Source: Eledone cirrhosa
Taxonomy: Eukaryota
Direction: 5' to 3'
Assembly (NCBI GenBank): GCA_964016885.1
Contig: OZ024747.1
Location: forward strand, 13,640,001 to 13,704,000
DNA: 64,000 bases
Of this stretch, positions 15,879-27,379 are shown in pieces; position 1 is the first letter of the stretch; every line of letters begins with the position of its first letter. The notes beneath the pieces were generated by a model that worked only from the letters and a program-made list of their open reading frames with translations, did not search any database and had not been told where the DNA came from. A program made the translations under genes and the position numbers.

Positions 15879-16350
15879 TAGCTGAATTACCCGACGTTGC
15901 CCGGGTTACTGCTGTTCTTATTCAAATCAGTAAACAATAAATATGTAATATGTAGATATGTTTTTTCTCATAAGAGTGTTGTAGGGTTAACACAAAGCTA
16001 ATGTATTTGTTGTATACTTCTCACAAACACACACACACACACATACCAGGCCCATTGCCCAGTAGGGGTTCCCAGTAGGAGTGCCCAACAGTAGGGGCAG
16101 CTTCAGAACACTCTGAGGGGTCATGCTTTCATAAGGAATGTAGTTTAGGATGTTTTCTTTTAAATTCTATATTCTATATCTGAAGTTGCACCATTGAAAA
16201 ATAAAGGGCAGTGCTATCTAGAAACCTCCTACGATGGTGATGATGGTGATGATGATGGTGGTGATGGTGATGATGATAATGATGATGATGAAGATGGTGA
16301 TGGTGATGACTATAATAATGATGATGATAATGATGGTGATGGTGATGATG

Positions 16351-16381
<31 letters not shown>

Positions 16382-16762
16382 AGATGACGGTGATGATGAT
16401 GATGTAGTTGATGGTAATGATGAAGATGGTGATGATGATGATGTTGATAATGATGATGACGATGATGAAGATGGCGATGATGATGATGGTGATGATGATG
16501 ATGATGACGATGATAGTGATGATGATGTTGTTGATGGTAATGATGATGATGGTTATGATGATGATGATCATCATCATCATGACGTTGATGAAGATGGCGA
16601 TGATGATGATGGTGATGATGATGATGATGATGATGATGATGACGTTGACAACGACGACGGTGATGATGATGATGATGTTCATAATGATGATGATGATGAC
16701 GAAAATGATGACAACAACTAAGGTGATGATGATGATGATGATGTTGGTGAAAATAATAATAA

Positions 16763-16793
<31 letters not shown>

Positions 16794-16850
16794 AAGAAGA
16801 AGAAGAAGAAGAAGAAGAAGAAGGAGGCAGAGGAGAAGAGAGAGGATATA
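15060..16850. repeat. (CCT)n, (CAC)n, (GAT)n and (AAG)n tracts
   Basis: Direct inspection; unique and mobile DNA interspersed at 15560-16230. Confidence 0.9.
15876..16046 (+). mobile_element. Helentron/HINE-like non-autonomous element fragment
   Basis: Starts TACTAGCTGAATTACCCGACGTTGCCCGGGT (terminal hairpin motif) next to (TA)n; internal ACAAAC(AC)n. Confidence 0.5.
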
Positions 16851-17406
16851 TTACTAAATATATATTTCTGTGAGAATATAGTAAAGATTCTTATCAATTT
16901 TCATGTTATGTTTCCTTCTTAGACTTGTTGCAACAGAATTTAGGTGGTAAAAAAATATCTAGAAGAAAGTTGAAGAGACGAAGCATGTGACAAGCAGCTG
17001 AAAGATCACGAGATTGACTGATTGATTGGCTGATTGATACAGGAATCTTTATTCTTTGATAGATTTTTTTTTTTTTATATAACTGAGGTCACTGAGGTCA
17101 TGTTCACACTCCTCTCCTCAAGGTGTAAATATCACATAGAATTATGGAATTATGGAATTATGGAATTATGGAATTATGGAATTAGGGAATTAGGGAATTA
17201 TAGAATAATGGTGAGATTTCCAACAAGAATCAAAATAGTGACCGCCACATGATTTCTAATCACATGATCATGATCGCTTTTCCTTTTTTTTTTGTTATTT
17301 ATTTAGGTGTTAAACAGGGGAATTTGCTATGTTTATATATATATATATATATATATGATGCATTTATATATATATATTTATTATATATATATATTTATAT
17401 ATATAA

Positions 17407-17439
<33 letters not shown>

Positions 17440-17535
17440 CATAAGTGGAGAGATGCTGTGCTGAATAAGACCTGTCCCACCCTTGCAAGCAGGGAAGAGT
17501 GGACGTAAAATGATGATGATGATGATGATATATAT

Positions 17536-17727
17536 ATATCACAGAAAAAAGAGAATCAGTGTTGCGACGAAAGGAATTTATTGGACATATTACATAATAT
17601 GTCCAATAAATTCCTTTTGTCGCAACATTGATTCTCTTTTTTCTGTGATATCATGCTCTGCTCTACGAGGGCATTGAGTGCTCATACGGCCTACTGCATA
17701 CGGATACTTTAAGCATCCAACACCAAT
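17536..17727. repeat. 57-bp-arm palindrome with one-sided tail
   Basis: 17536-17592 pairs with 17595-17651 (two G-T differences); 76-bp tail; (TA)n on both sides. Confidence 0.85.
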
Positions 17728-18005
17728 TATATATATATATATGTATGTATATGTAGATATATCATCATCAAGGGTGGGATGAGTTTTCTTCAGCACAGCA
17801 TCTCTCCATTTGTCACGGCCTCTCGTCATCTCCTTTGTGAACTTCACCGATTTCAGGTCAGCTCTTACCACCTGTGCCCATCATACATATATGAGGCATT
17901 GATATATATATATGTATATATGTAAAAGGTAAACAGAACTAACACAATTGGTACAGTATATGGAAGGAATATATTAGTTTAACGCTTGAAATAGCAGGAA
18001 GAGGG

Positions 18006-18041
18006 TCTTAACGTTTCGGACGCTAGTCCTTCTTCAGAAGA
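18006..18041 (-). ncRNA. Minimal hammerhead ribozyme of a different PLE-like family
   Basis: Reverse complement reads TCTT CTGAAGA A GGAC-TAGC-GTCC GAA ACGT T AAGA: 4-bp stem I, 4-bp stem II, palindromic ACGT, GUU site. Confidence 0.7.
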
Positions 18042-18419
18042 AAGAATGAGAAATAAGATAGATTGAAGGGACAGCTGGGTTGGAATTGGAAAAAATGTCT
18101 TTAGATAAAAATAACAGGTTCATTCATTTTGACATATCTTGAATATATGGTGTATTTATATATGTATTTATTCATTTATTTATACAATCTTTGAGCTTTA
18201 TTACTGTTCTTTTCAGAATTCAAGCCAGTCACTATCAAAATAACAAGACCTTTACTGTCTTAAACCATCCATAGTACTATGATAAAAAAAAACTGTTTAT
18301 TTTAAAGTGTTTATATTTATCTAAAAACCTTTTATCATAATTTTATGATTTGTTGTATATTTTATATTTGGAAAGCTAGTTATATTTCAAAATTCCTCCA
18401 ATCTCTTAATTATTTTCAA

Positions 18420-19090
18420 AACAAGAGAGGTAAATCCCTAATTTGGGATGTCACATGCTGCAACTCATTCTCCACCTCCAACCTTGTTGCTTTGACCACA
18501 AACCCAGGCACTACCACCTACTGTACAGAGGAGGGCAAAATTACCAAATACCGAGGTTTGACAGACCACTTCCTTTTCACGCCAGACGCTGTCAAGACTT
18601 TGGGTGTTCAAGGTCCCCAAATTCCCATTTTCCTTCATAAAATTAGCAAAACAGCAGCCCGATAAAGGAAGGAACCACATGAAGCAGTGTGGCTGTTGCA
18701 GTGGGTGTCACTGGCCATTCTCCATGGCAATGACTTTGCCATTTTGCCCATAAGATGCAGCTGAGAGATACCACTCAGACTGGGTTGTAGAATCTGTTAC
18801 TCAGGGCCTTCAAGAGAAATTTTGCAAGGCGGTACAAGACCCCTTTGGGACCCAAAGCAGGCAAAGATTTTTCTCAAAATGGTTGTTGCATGGATGCTCT
18901 GGGACCTTCTTAGCCCTTGGACCCTGGAACATAGTACCAGCTGGATCTCCCCCTTCTCATAGGCCCTGCTTTCACTCCTCCCCCTCTTTTATTCCTTTTT
19001 TTTTGTTTAATTTCTTCTTCCATTTTATCTCTTTTCTCTCTGTTCTTCATTTCCTTATTGCTTCATACAAATATTTCTGTAAATAAAGAT
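18420..19090 (+). mobile_element. CRE-clade non-LTR element 3' end (RLE endonuclease) and 3' UTR
   Basis: GKSLIWDVTC..EEGKITKYRGL..FTPDAVKTLG..LLQWVSLAILHGN matches the CRE C-terminal pattern; pyrimidine-rich UTR ending AATAAA. Confidence 0.7.
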
Positions 19091-20029
19091 ACTTTGAAAT
19101 TATACAACAGGAAAGAGAAGAAAAAATTTCCAAATTATAGGCAATGTTTTTTTCTAAGAAATATGGTAATGAAAGAGTTGAATCTAAGCAGTTGAAGATA
19201 ATTGTCTATATGTGAGTAAGCTAGTGTTTGTGTATATGTAGGTGTAATGTGTATACTTATGCCAATGTTATTAGTGTATCTGACTCTCTAGTGTACAGCC
19301 TTTGTGTGTGCATGTGTGTGAGTGTATGCGTTTGTGTGTATGTGTGTGTATTATGTATGCATGTTGTTGTATCCATATATTAAATCCAGGAAACTGAAAT
19401 GAGGAATCTTTGGAATGTATGTATGCATGTATGTAGGAATGCACATATGTATGTATGTATATATGTAAGTATTTTTGTAGGAATGCACATTTGTAGGTAT
19501 GTGTGTATATGTGAATATGTATATATGCAAGTGTGTCTGTATGTATCTGTCTGCCTATGCACATATGTACACGTCTTTATATGCAAGTATGTATGTGTGT
19601 GTATGTATGTACATACGTATGTATGTATGTATATATGTATGCATCTAAGCATGCTAGTGTGGAAGAACGGACATAAAACAGTGATGATGATGATGATATA
19701 TCATCATCATCATTTTACGTCCACTGTTCTGTTCCCTGCTTGCAAGGGTGGGACGGGAACTGATTCTGGCTTGATTTCTACAGCTGGATGCCCTTCCTAA
19801 CACCAACCTCATTTACAGTGAGTGCTGGGTGCTTTTTTTCCGTGGCGCCTACACGAACCCTTTGCAGTGGAATGATATAGACCCCAGTCCTATCATCTCA
19901 TTTCTACAGCTGAGTAAACTGGAGCAATGTGAAATAAAGTGTCTTGCTCAAGGAAACAACAAGACTCTTTATTTCACATTGCTCCAGTTTACTCAGCTGT
20001 AGAAATGAGATGATAGGACTGGGGTCCCT

Positions 20030-20083
<54 letters not shown>

Positions 20084-20127
20084 TATATATATATGTATAT
20101 GTATATATATAGAGATAGATTGATATG

Positions 20128-20186
<59 letters not shown>

Positions 20187-20216
20187 AGATCAAAAGATGG
20201 TTAAAGGAGTTCCAAG

Positions 20217-20287
20217 TATTTTATTATGCGCATTTCAAAGACAAATATCATCATGGGATGATATCTGCGTTTTAATCAGATAAAATA
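20217..20287 (-). ncRNA. Minimal type-I hammerhead ribozyme in pLTR (core variant CUGAUUA)
   Basis: Stem I TATTTTAT/ATAAAATA, core CTGATTA, long stem II, GAAA, palindromic ATGCGCAT, AUA site. Confidence 0.65.
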
Positions 20288-21447
20288 GGAATACATGATA
20301 TGAAGCTTAAAAAACACTTGTGGATAGTGGAGTTTTAAATCAACATATGAAAAATAATTGAAGATTGATGTATGAGATTGGAAAAAAAGTGAGGGGGGGG
20401 GAGGTAAGGAAGAGGAGGAGATGAGAGGAAAGAATGGTGGGGGTGGAGTATAAGAAGGAAGGATGAGAGAGAAGGAGAGATGGGTGATAGAGAGAGAGAG
20501 ATAGCCTTTACAACTGAGAAAAAATATATATTATCTCACAGAGAGAAGTTAAAAAGCCGTTGGAAGATAATAGATAATTTAAAAGAATTTGAAATTAAAA
20601 GTTAATAAGGTTTATGCATGAAGATAAAAAGGGATTAAGAATAATATTAAATTAAGGTTTGTATATTGAATGGTTTAATAATATGTGCGAGGAAAAGAAA
20701 TTATTAATATGTATTATTAAAATTAAAATATTAATGTTATTAAGGATATAATGTGAAAAGAAGTAGTAGAATGAATGAGTTATGAATTTAGAGGAATTAG
20801 TTAGTGTTTAAGTTTGTTTTTATGTAATGTAATATGTGTGCGTAATAAATGTATGTAAATAGTTTGTTTATAAATGAGCGCAGAAAGCAAAGAGGAAAAG
20901 AATGTTTAAGGAAGAAAATATCTAACATCAAAAAATATATGTTAACGAAATATTTTCTAATGGTAATAATATAATATATTAAAAGAAATTAGTTAGGGTT
21001 TAAGTTTGTTTTTATGTATTGTAATATGTAAAAGTCAAACGAGCATGAAAGGAAGAGATAAGGAATTTAAGGAAGAAAGATCTAACGTAAAAAAAAAATG
21101 TTTATGTTTACGAAGGACTATTAAAGGTAATACTACAATGTATTAAAAAAATAATAATAATTTTTATGGCCAATGATATGAAGAAAGATGGAAGAATGGA
21201 TAATGTTGTGGTGAGTAATAATAAGAATTGAGAAGTAGTTAGGAAGAAAAAGTACAGATTAGAGGTTAGAAATTAAAAAGAAAAGAGGAAGAAAGGAAAG
21301 TGATAAAGAGGAATGATATAGAATGAGTAACTTGTATTATATAATATATAATAAATAATATTGAAATAAGGTAGAAAGATAGGTATATTTTTAAAAGATA
21401 TATAAGCCTTTGAGAAAAAGGATTTTAAACTAGTAAGGTATTAGATA

Positions 21448-21920
21448 TTAGCTGTATACTTTATGGAATGTTCTGTGGAATTTATGCAAGCAGAGAGAAA
21501 ATAAATCAGTGCGTCTATTTATTATAGAATTGAAATTAGATATAATGGTAAATTTCTCAGATAGGCAAAGATTACATGTTCTGGATAGGGAGGCATTCAA
21601 GTAGGGAGAGACAGAACAAACTTTTCTCCAAGAGATGTTATAGTTAATATTTTTGTCTTTCAAGGACCATATGAGTTCTGAGAGTGCCGTGTTAGTTCTT
21701 TTAAGTTGGTATTTAAAAGACGAATTGTGATTATAAAATCTAGCTTTGAAGGGGGTGGAAGTGGAACCGAAATAGGTAAAGGAATTGGTATCAGTTATAA
21801 CCTTACATTCATAGACTAAGTTTTTATCAAGACAATGGTTATTGAGAGGACATTTAGTTCTAACAGAGCAATTACAATTGCGATTAAAGAAATTAACAGA
21901 GTTATTAATAAGTGACCTAG
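21448..21920 (-). pseudogene. PLE GIY-YIG endonuclease with Cys-rich knuckle
   Basis: Manual translation upstream of the listed ORF gives CNCSVRTKCPLNNHCLDKNLVYECKV..TYFGSTSTPFKARFYNHNSSF..TALSELIWSLKDK..W..CNLCLSEK..INRRTDLFSLCLH. CxC-x5-C-x5-C and CxLCxxEK/CxH are Naiad-type signatures. Confidence 0.88.
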
Positions 21921-22149
21921 AGTTATTAACAAGTGACCAGAGTTATTAACAAGTGACAAGTGTTATTTATAGGAGGAATTGGATTGGAGAAGTTATTTAC
22001 GATAGGAATAATAGTTTCCTGATTTAGATTGGTATTAAGAACATTTGACGAAGTTACGATTGACGTCGTATTTGAGTTTGCAGAATCTAGCCTAGAGTTA
22101 ACAATGATGTCGGGAGTACTACTGCTATTATTATGACGCACAGTGTTGT

Positions 22150-23163
22150 AACATTTTTAATGTTAGTGGGGTGGTTAGATTTAAAATTAACATAATTTAG
22201 ATTTTCATTGTTTTTATGGTAAGGGTAATATAGGCCAGTGTCAAGATTAAGGGATATATCCCAGAAGTTAGCTAGTTTGACGTTGTTATCAAATTCGATT
22301 TTAAGGTTATGTTGCTTAAAGAGATCACGTATATTGTTCTTAATAATATTAAGGTTAACTAAATTGCAATTTAAGATAGTAAAAAGTCCATCGTCATGAT
22401 AAATTCCACCGCGAAGTTGAGGAATTTTCCGATTTAAAGAATTCAAAATAAAAATACCAATCAAATCAATCAATTGCGATGAATCGGAAGCACCCATTGT
22501 GATATCAAAGTTGTTGGAATTATCGGCTCTAGTCCAGTATTCATTGTTGAATTCTAAGATGGTTTTTCTTGCGGTGAGAATGATGTGAAGTTCATCTGTG
22601 GTGATGTCAGAATATTTAAATGCGAAAGATAGAGCATTGTTGAGAAGTGAAGGCGAAATAGAAGAATAGTAGCTGGCAATATCAAATTGAATAAATTTGT
22701 GTTTGTTTTTCTTATTCAGGTTGTTGAACCAGCCAATTACTTCAGATGTACCAAAACATAAATTTAAGTTAGAAATAGAGCAATTAGAACGAACCTGTGG
22801 GATAATTCTATCCAAGATGGCTTTACTAACAACCCCCAGATCTGATTTCGAGGGGGCGATTAGTCTAACAGGTAGTTCCGTTCGAAAATTACTTTTATGA
22901 TCCTTGAGATTTATCCTCGGAGTTCTTGTGAGGAATGGTTTAGTCTTTTTTTCAATGCCAAGTTTTGACATAATCTCAGAAGCTTCAAAGTTTATAGATT
23001 CCAAATTGTCGTGGTTAGTTTTACGATTGTTCTTCCTTAGTTCCTTAAGGATAAGGTTATTATAGTTATCCCTAGATACACCATATAAATTATTAGTTTT
23101 GTCGGAGTGGACTAAGACATTTTTAAAGGAATTAAGGTTTAAAATCGTATTCCTGAGATTCCT
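22150..23163 (-). pseudogene. PLE reverse transcriptase (partial)
   Basis: Motifs SDKTNNLY, LKDHKSNF..PVRLIAPSKSDLG, FIQFDIASYYSSI, FDITMGASDSSQLIDLIG, GIYHDDGL, NFWDISLNLDTGLYYPYHK, YVNFKSNHP. The frame is lost after SNHPTNIKN, apparently by internal deletion. Confidence 0.9.
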
Positions 23164-23379
23164 GTAAAGGCTATCTCTCTCTATCACCCATCTCTCCTCC
23201 TCTCTCATCCTTCCTTCTTATACTCCTCCCCCCACCATTCTTTACTCTCATCTCCTCTTCCTTACCCCCCCCCCTCACTTTTTTCCCAATCTCATACATC
23301 AATCTTAAATTATTTTTCTTATGTTGATTTAAAACTTCACTATTCACAAGTGTTTTTTAAGCTTCATATCATGTATCCC

Positions 23380-23450
23380 TATTTTATCTGATTAAAACGC
23401 AGATATCATCCCATGATGATATTTGTTTTTGAAATGCGCATAATAAAATA
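23380..23450 (+). ncRNA. Minimal type-I hammerhead ribozyme in inverted pLTR (core variant CUGAUUA)
   Basis: TATTTTAT CTGATTA AAACGCAGATATCATC-CCAT-GATGATATTTGTTTTT GAAA TGCGCAT A ATAAAATA. Confidence 0.65.
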
Positions 23451-23571
23451 CTTGGAACTCTTTTAACCATCTTTTGATCTTATATTATTTACACTCCAGT
23501 CCTACAAACTGTAGAGTGCTACTTATCCGATATTTGCATTGCTTTATTGTGCTACAATAAAACTCACCTCC

Positions 23572-23691
<120 letters not shown>

Positions 23692-24025
23692 AAGAGTTAG
23701 TGGAGCATAAAGTGAGAAGGGGTGAAAGACAGAAAAGAGAGAGAGAGAGAGATCATTCTGGTGGGATTCTGTAACAGTGGAAGAGGATATTGGCTGCAAG
23801 CATTCTTCTGTGAACAATGGAATCAAACGAAATAAGAGCCTCTCTTCAATAGGAGACACACTTCTTTTTCTATGTAAAGGTTAACCTACTTGGCAAATGT
23901 AATATATATATATATGTGTGCTGCATCTACAAACTTTCACTGTCATACATGAACATATAACTATAAATGGTACATGCTTATATTATGTATATATATGTCT
24001 GTGTATATATGCCTGTGTATATATG

Positions 24026-24093
<68 letters not shown>

Positions 24094-24117
24094 GATATAT
24101 ACATAGAGATAGATATA

Positions 24118-24645
24118 TTTCTTTATTAGCCACAGGGGCACAAAAGAAGGGGACAAATACAAAGGGGGAAGTTTACATACAATAAAAACGTGTAAAATGT
24201 TATCACAGATGGAATTTAAAAGTTAGTCGATTTTCCCCAATAGAGGGAGACAGTTTATATGGGTAACACAGACCCCCGAAAAAAATGTGCAACCCTCATC
24301 TCCAGGAGTACGAAGAGTTTGTACGCCTTTCCTCTCCTTTTTCTCAACCTACAGGCTGATATAGAGAGAAGGCCCATTCACTCGGGCCATTCTCGCCACT
24401 TTCACCCACCTTTCATAAAACTTGCTGGGGTACAGCACCTCTCTCTCCATCCTGATTCTTCTTCCAAAGTGGTATTTGAAAAAAAGAATCAGTTGTTGGC
24501 CGGAGAGAAAGGTGTCTGACCTCAGCCCTTTCAACCTTGTCCACCATACAACCTCTTTCGCCATAGCTATCACACAAAGGAAAACCGCCTCTCCTTCGTT
24601 TTTGAAGGAGGGTGGCGGTTTGATCATGACAATGGACTCGGTGAG
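24118..24645 (-). mobile_element. Tx1/L1-like LINE 3' fragment (paralogue of 6095-6640)
   Basis: FLCVIAMAKEVVWWTRLKGL..RRIRMEREVL..FYERW; related UTR end at 53315-53540. Confidence 0.6.
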
Positions 24646-25108
24646 ATAGATAGGTGGATAGATGCATACACATATACATACATAAACACACACACATATA
24701 TATATACATATATACATATATACATATATACACACATATAATATAGATATAGTATATATATATATATATAAAATATATATATATATATATCGTCATCAAG
24801 ACTGCATAACGTCCATTTTTCCATGGATCAGACTGGTCATCTGCATCAAGAGACAACTCTGGCCAGGATCGGCCATGTCGTTCCTTGCTCTGATGGGACT
24901 GTAAATTTGGCCGACATTTTTACAGCTGGATGCTGTTCCTAACAGCAACTACATTTACAGTATACATATATCATCATCATCATCATCATCATCAGCTTGA
25001 GCTCAGCCGTCGGGGTCTTACTTGTTCCTATTACCCACTCTACTACCCTAAGTATTGAGTACTTTGGTGCGTTATGGTCCACCTGGTTCCTTACCACATT
25101 TCCTTCGT

Positions 25109-25163
<55 letters not shown>

Positions 25164-25172
25164 CAAACATTA

Positions 25173-25256
25173 TAGGAGGGGGGCTGAAAAGTGCATAGGC
25201 TGACCAAGATACTCTCATGGAATAACTAAATGAGGTTTATTCTTCAACATAGTCCC
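25173..25256 (+). mobile_element. Mariner-like TIR fragment
   Basis: TAGGAGGGGGGCTGAAAAGT resembles mariner TA-CGAGGGG..AAAAGT termini; no partner end seen. Confidence 0.45.
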
Positions 25257-25932
25257 TGGAAAGAAACAATGCAGTTATTAATAAGAAGAGTTTAAATTAA
25301 TGCAAGCAAGATTTCACAGCTCATAAATATTTAAGTTCTTAAGGCCAGTTGTTGTGACACCAATTTAACCAATAGAAAAAGGACAAAGATCTCTTGAGTC
25401 ATTTTTCTATCCATTTTCTTCAATTCTATTCAAGATTGAAAATTCAAAAGAAAATACAAAAAGAGTAAAACTCTGTTTTCATCAAAAACATTGTTGTGGC
25501 TTCTCTAAGACTTCAAAATTTCAAATTTGTCACACTACTTTAAATTATTTGCCTCAAACATAATTTATATATATATCATCACTAACATCATTTAACATCC
25601 GTTTTCCTTGCATATATGTGCATACATATGTAAGCATGTATATGAACATATGTTGTATGTATAGACACACACACATATATATATGTATATATATATTTAC
25701 ATACATACATACATACATACATATGTATATACACACACATGCTAGCGTGGAAGATAGACGTTAAACGATGATGATGATGATAATGTATATATATATATAT
25801 ATATATGTAGGAGGTGAGTTTTATTGTAGTACAATAAAGCAATGCAGATATCGGATAAGAAGCACTCTACAGTTTGTAGGACTGGAGTATACATAATATA
25901 TAAGATCAAAAGATGGTTAAATGAGTTCCATG

Positions 25933-26003
25933 TATTTTATTATGCGCATTTCAAAAACAAACATCATCATGCAATAACATTTGTGTTTTCATCAGATAAA
26001 ATA
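25933..26003 (-). ncRNA. Minimal type-I hammerhead ribozyme, canonical core
   Basis: Reverse complement reads TATTTTAT CTGATGA [stem II] GAAA TGCGCAT A ATAAAATA. Confidence 0.8.
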
Positions 26004-26074
26004 GGAGGACATGATATGTTGATTTAAAACTGCACCATCCACAAGTGTTTTTTAACCTTCATCTCATGTCCTCC

Positions 26075-26145
26075 TATTTTATCTGATGAAAACACAAATG
26101 TTATTGCATGATGATGTTTGTTTTTGAAACGCGCATAATAAAATA
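26075..26145 (+). ncRNA. Minimal type-I hammerhead ribozyme (stem III T>C variant)
   Basis: TATTTTAT CTGATGA AAACACAAATGTTATT-GCAT-GATGATGTTTGTTTTT GAAA CGCGCAT A ATAAAATA. Confidence 0.72.
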
Positions 26146-26284
26146 CATGGAACTCATTTAACCATCTTTTGATCTTATATATTATATATATATATATATG
26201 TATGTCTATATATATATGTATATGTATACATATATATGTATATGTGTGTGTCTGTATATATATATATATGTATATATATATATG

Positions 26285-26331
<47 letters not shown>

Positions 26332-26450
26332 CTATATATATATATATGTATGTCTATATATATATATATGTATGTCTATATATATATATATATATATATG
26401 TATGTCTATATGTATATATATATGTCTATATATATATATATATATGTATG

Positions 26451-26521
<71 letters not shown>

Positions 26522-26557
26522 GTATATATATATCATCATCATCATCATCATCATATC

Positions 26558-26592
<35 letters not shown>

Positions 26593-27044
26593 GTATATAT
26601 ATATGTATATATATATGTATATATATATATATATGTATATATATATGTATATATATATGTATATATATATGTATATATGTATATATATATGTATGTATAT
26701 ATATGTATATATATATATGTATATATATATGTATGTATATATGTATATATATATATATGTATATGTATATATATGTATATATATATGTATATATATATAT
26801 ATGTATATATGTATATATATATATTTATATATATATTTATATATATATATATTTATATATATATATTTATATAAATATATATATATTTATATATATATTT
26901 ATATATATATATTTATATAAATATATATATATATATATATATACATATATACACACATATGTGTATATCTATGTATGTACACTGTCATTGTATGAATAAA
27001 TACACACACTCACATGTATATATATACATATATATATATATATA

Positions 27045-27109
<65 letters not shown>

Positions 27110-27379
27110 TGATAAGACTAATACAGTAGGATTGATAACCCAGAGGCAATGATTCAATCACGGGTGGAAGACATGTTTGCAGTGTCTATACTGCTATTAA
27201 ATTCCTTAAAATAGTTTATTTGTTTATAGACTGATGACATCTGAAGTAAGATTTCTGTAATAGGTGATTTAAGAAATTATAAAGGATTATATACTTACAC
27301 ATGTAATATATTATACTACATATACATACTCTCACACATATAAGTGTGTGTATGTACGCATTTATATATCGGTATGTAT

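Larger units (their letters stand above)
25806..26180. mobile_element. ORF-less inverted pLTR pair of the Naiad family
   Basis: Tail plus pLTR in reverse (25806-~26018) fused to pLTR forward (~26015-26180); homologous to 23320-23575; flanked by (TA)n. Confidence 0.85.

Noticed and set aside
21448-21920. Selenocysteine recoding in the Naiad endonuclease
   Set aside because: No in-frame TGA in the translated endonuclease region; the conserved Cys positions use TGT/TGC.
23164-23208. Start codon and N-terminus (MREEERWVIERDSLY) of the 373-aa RT ORF
   Set aside because: It comes from the inverted pLTR and is fortuitously in frame; the element is 5'-truncated.
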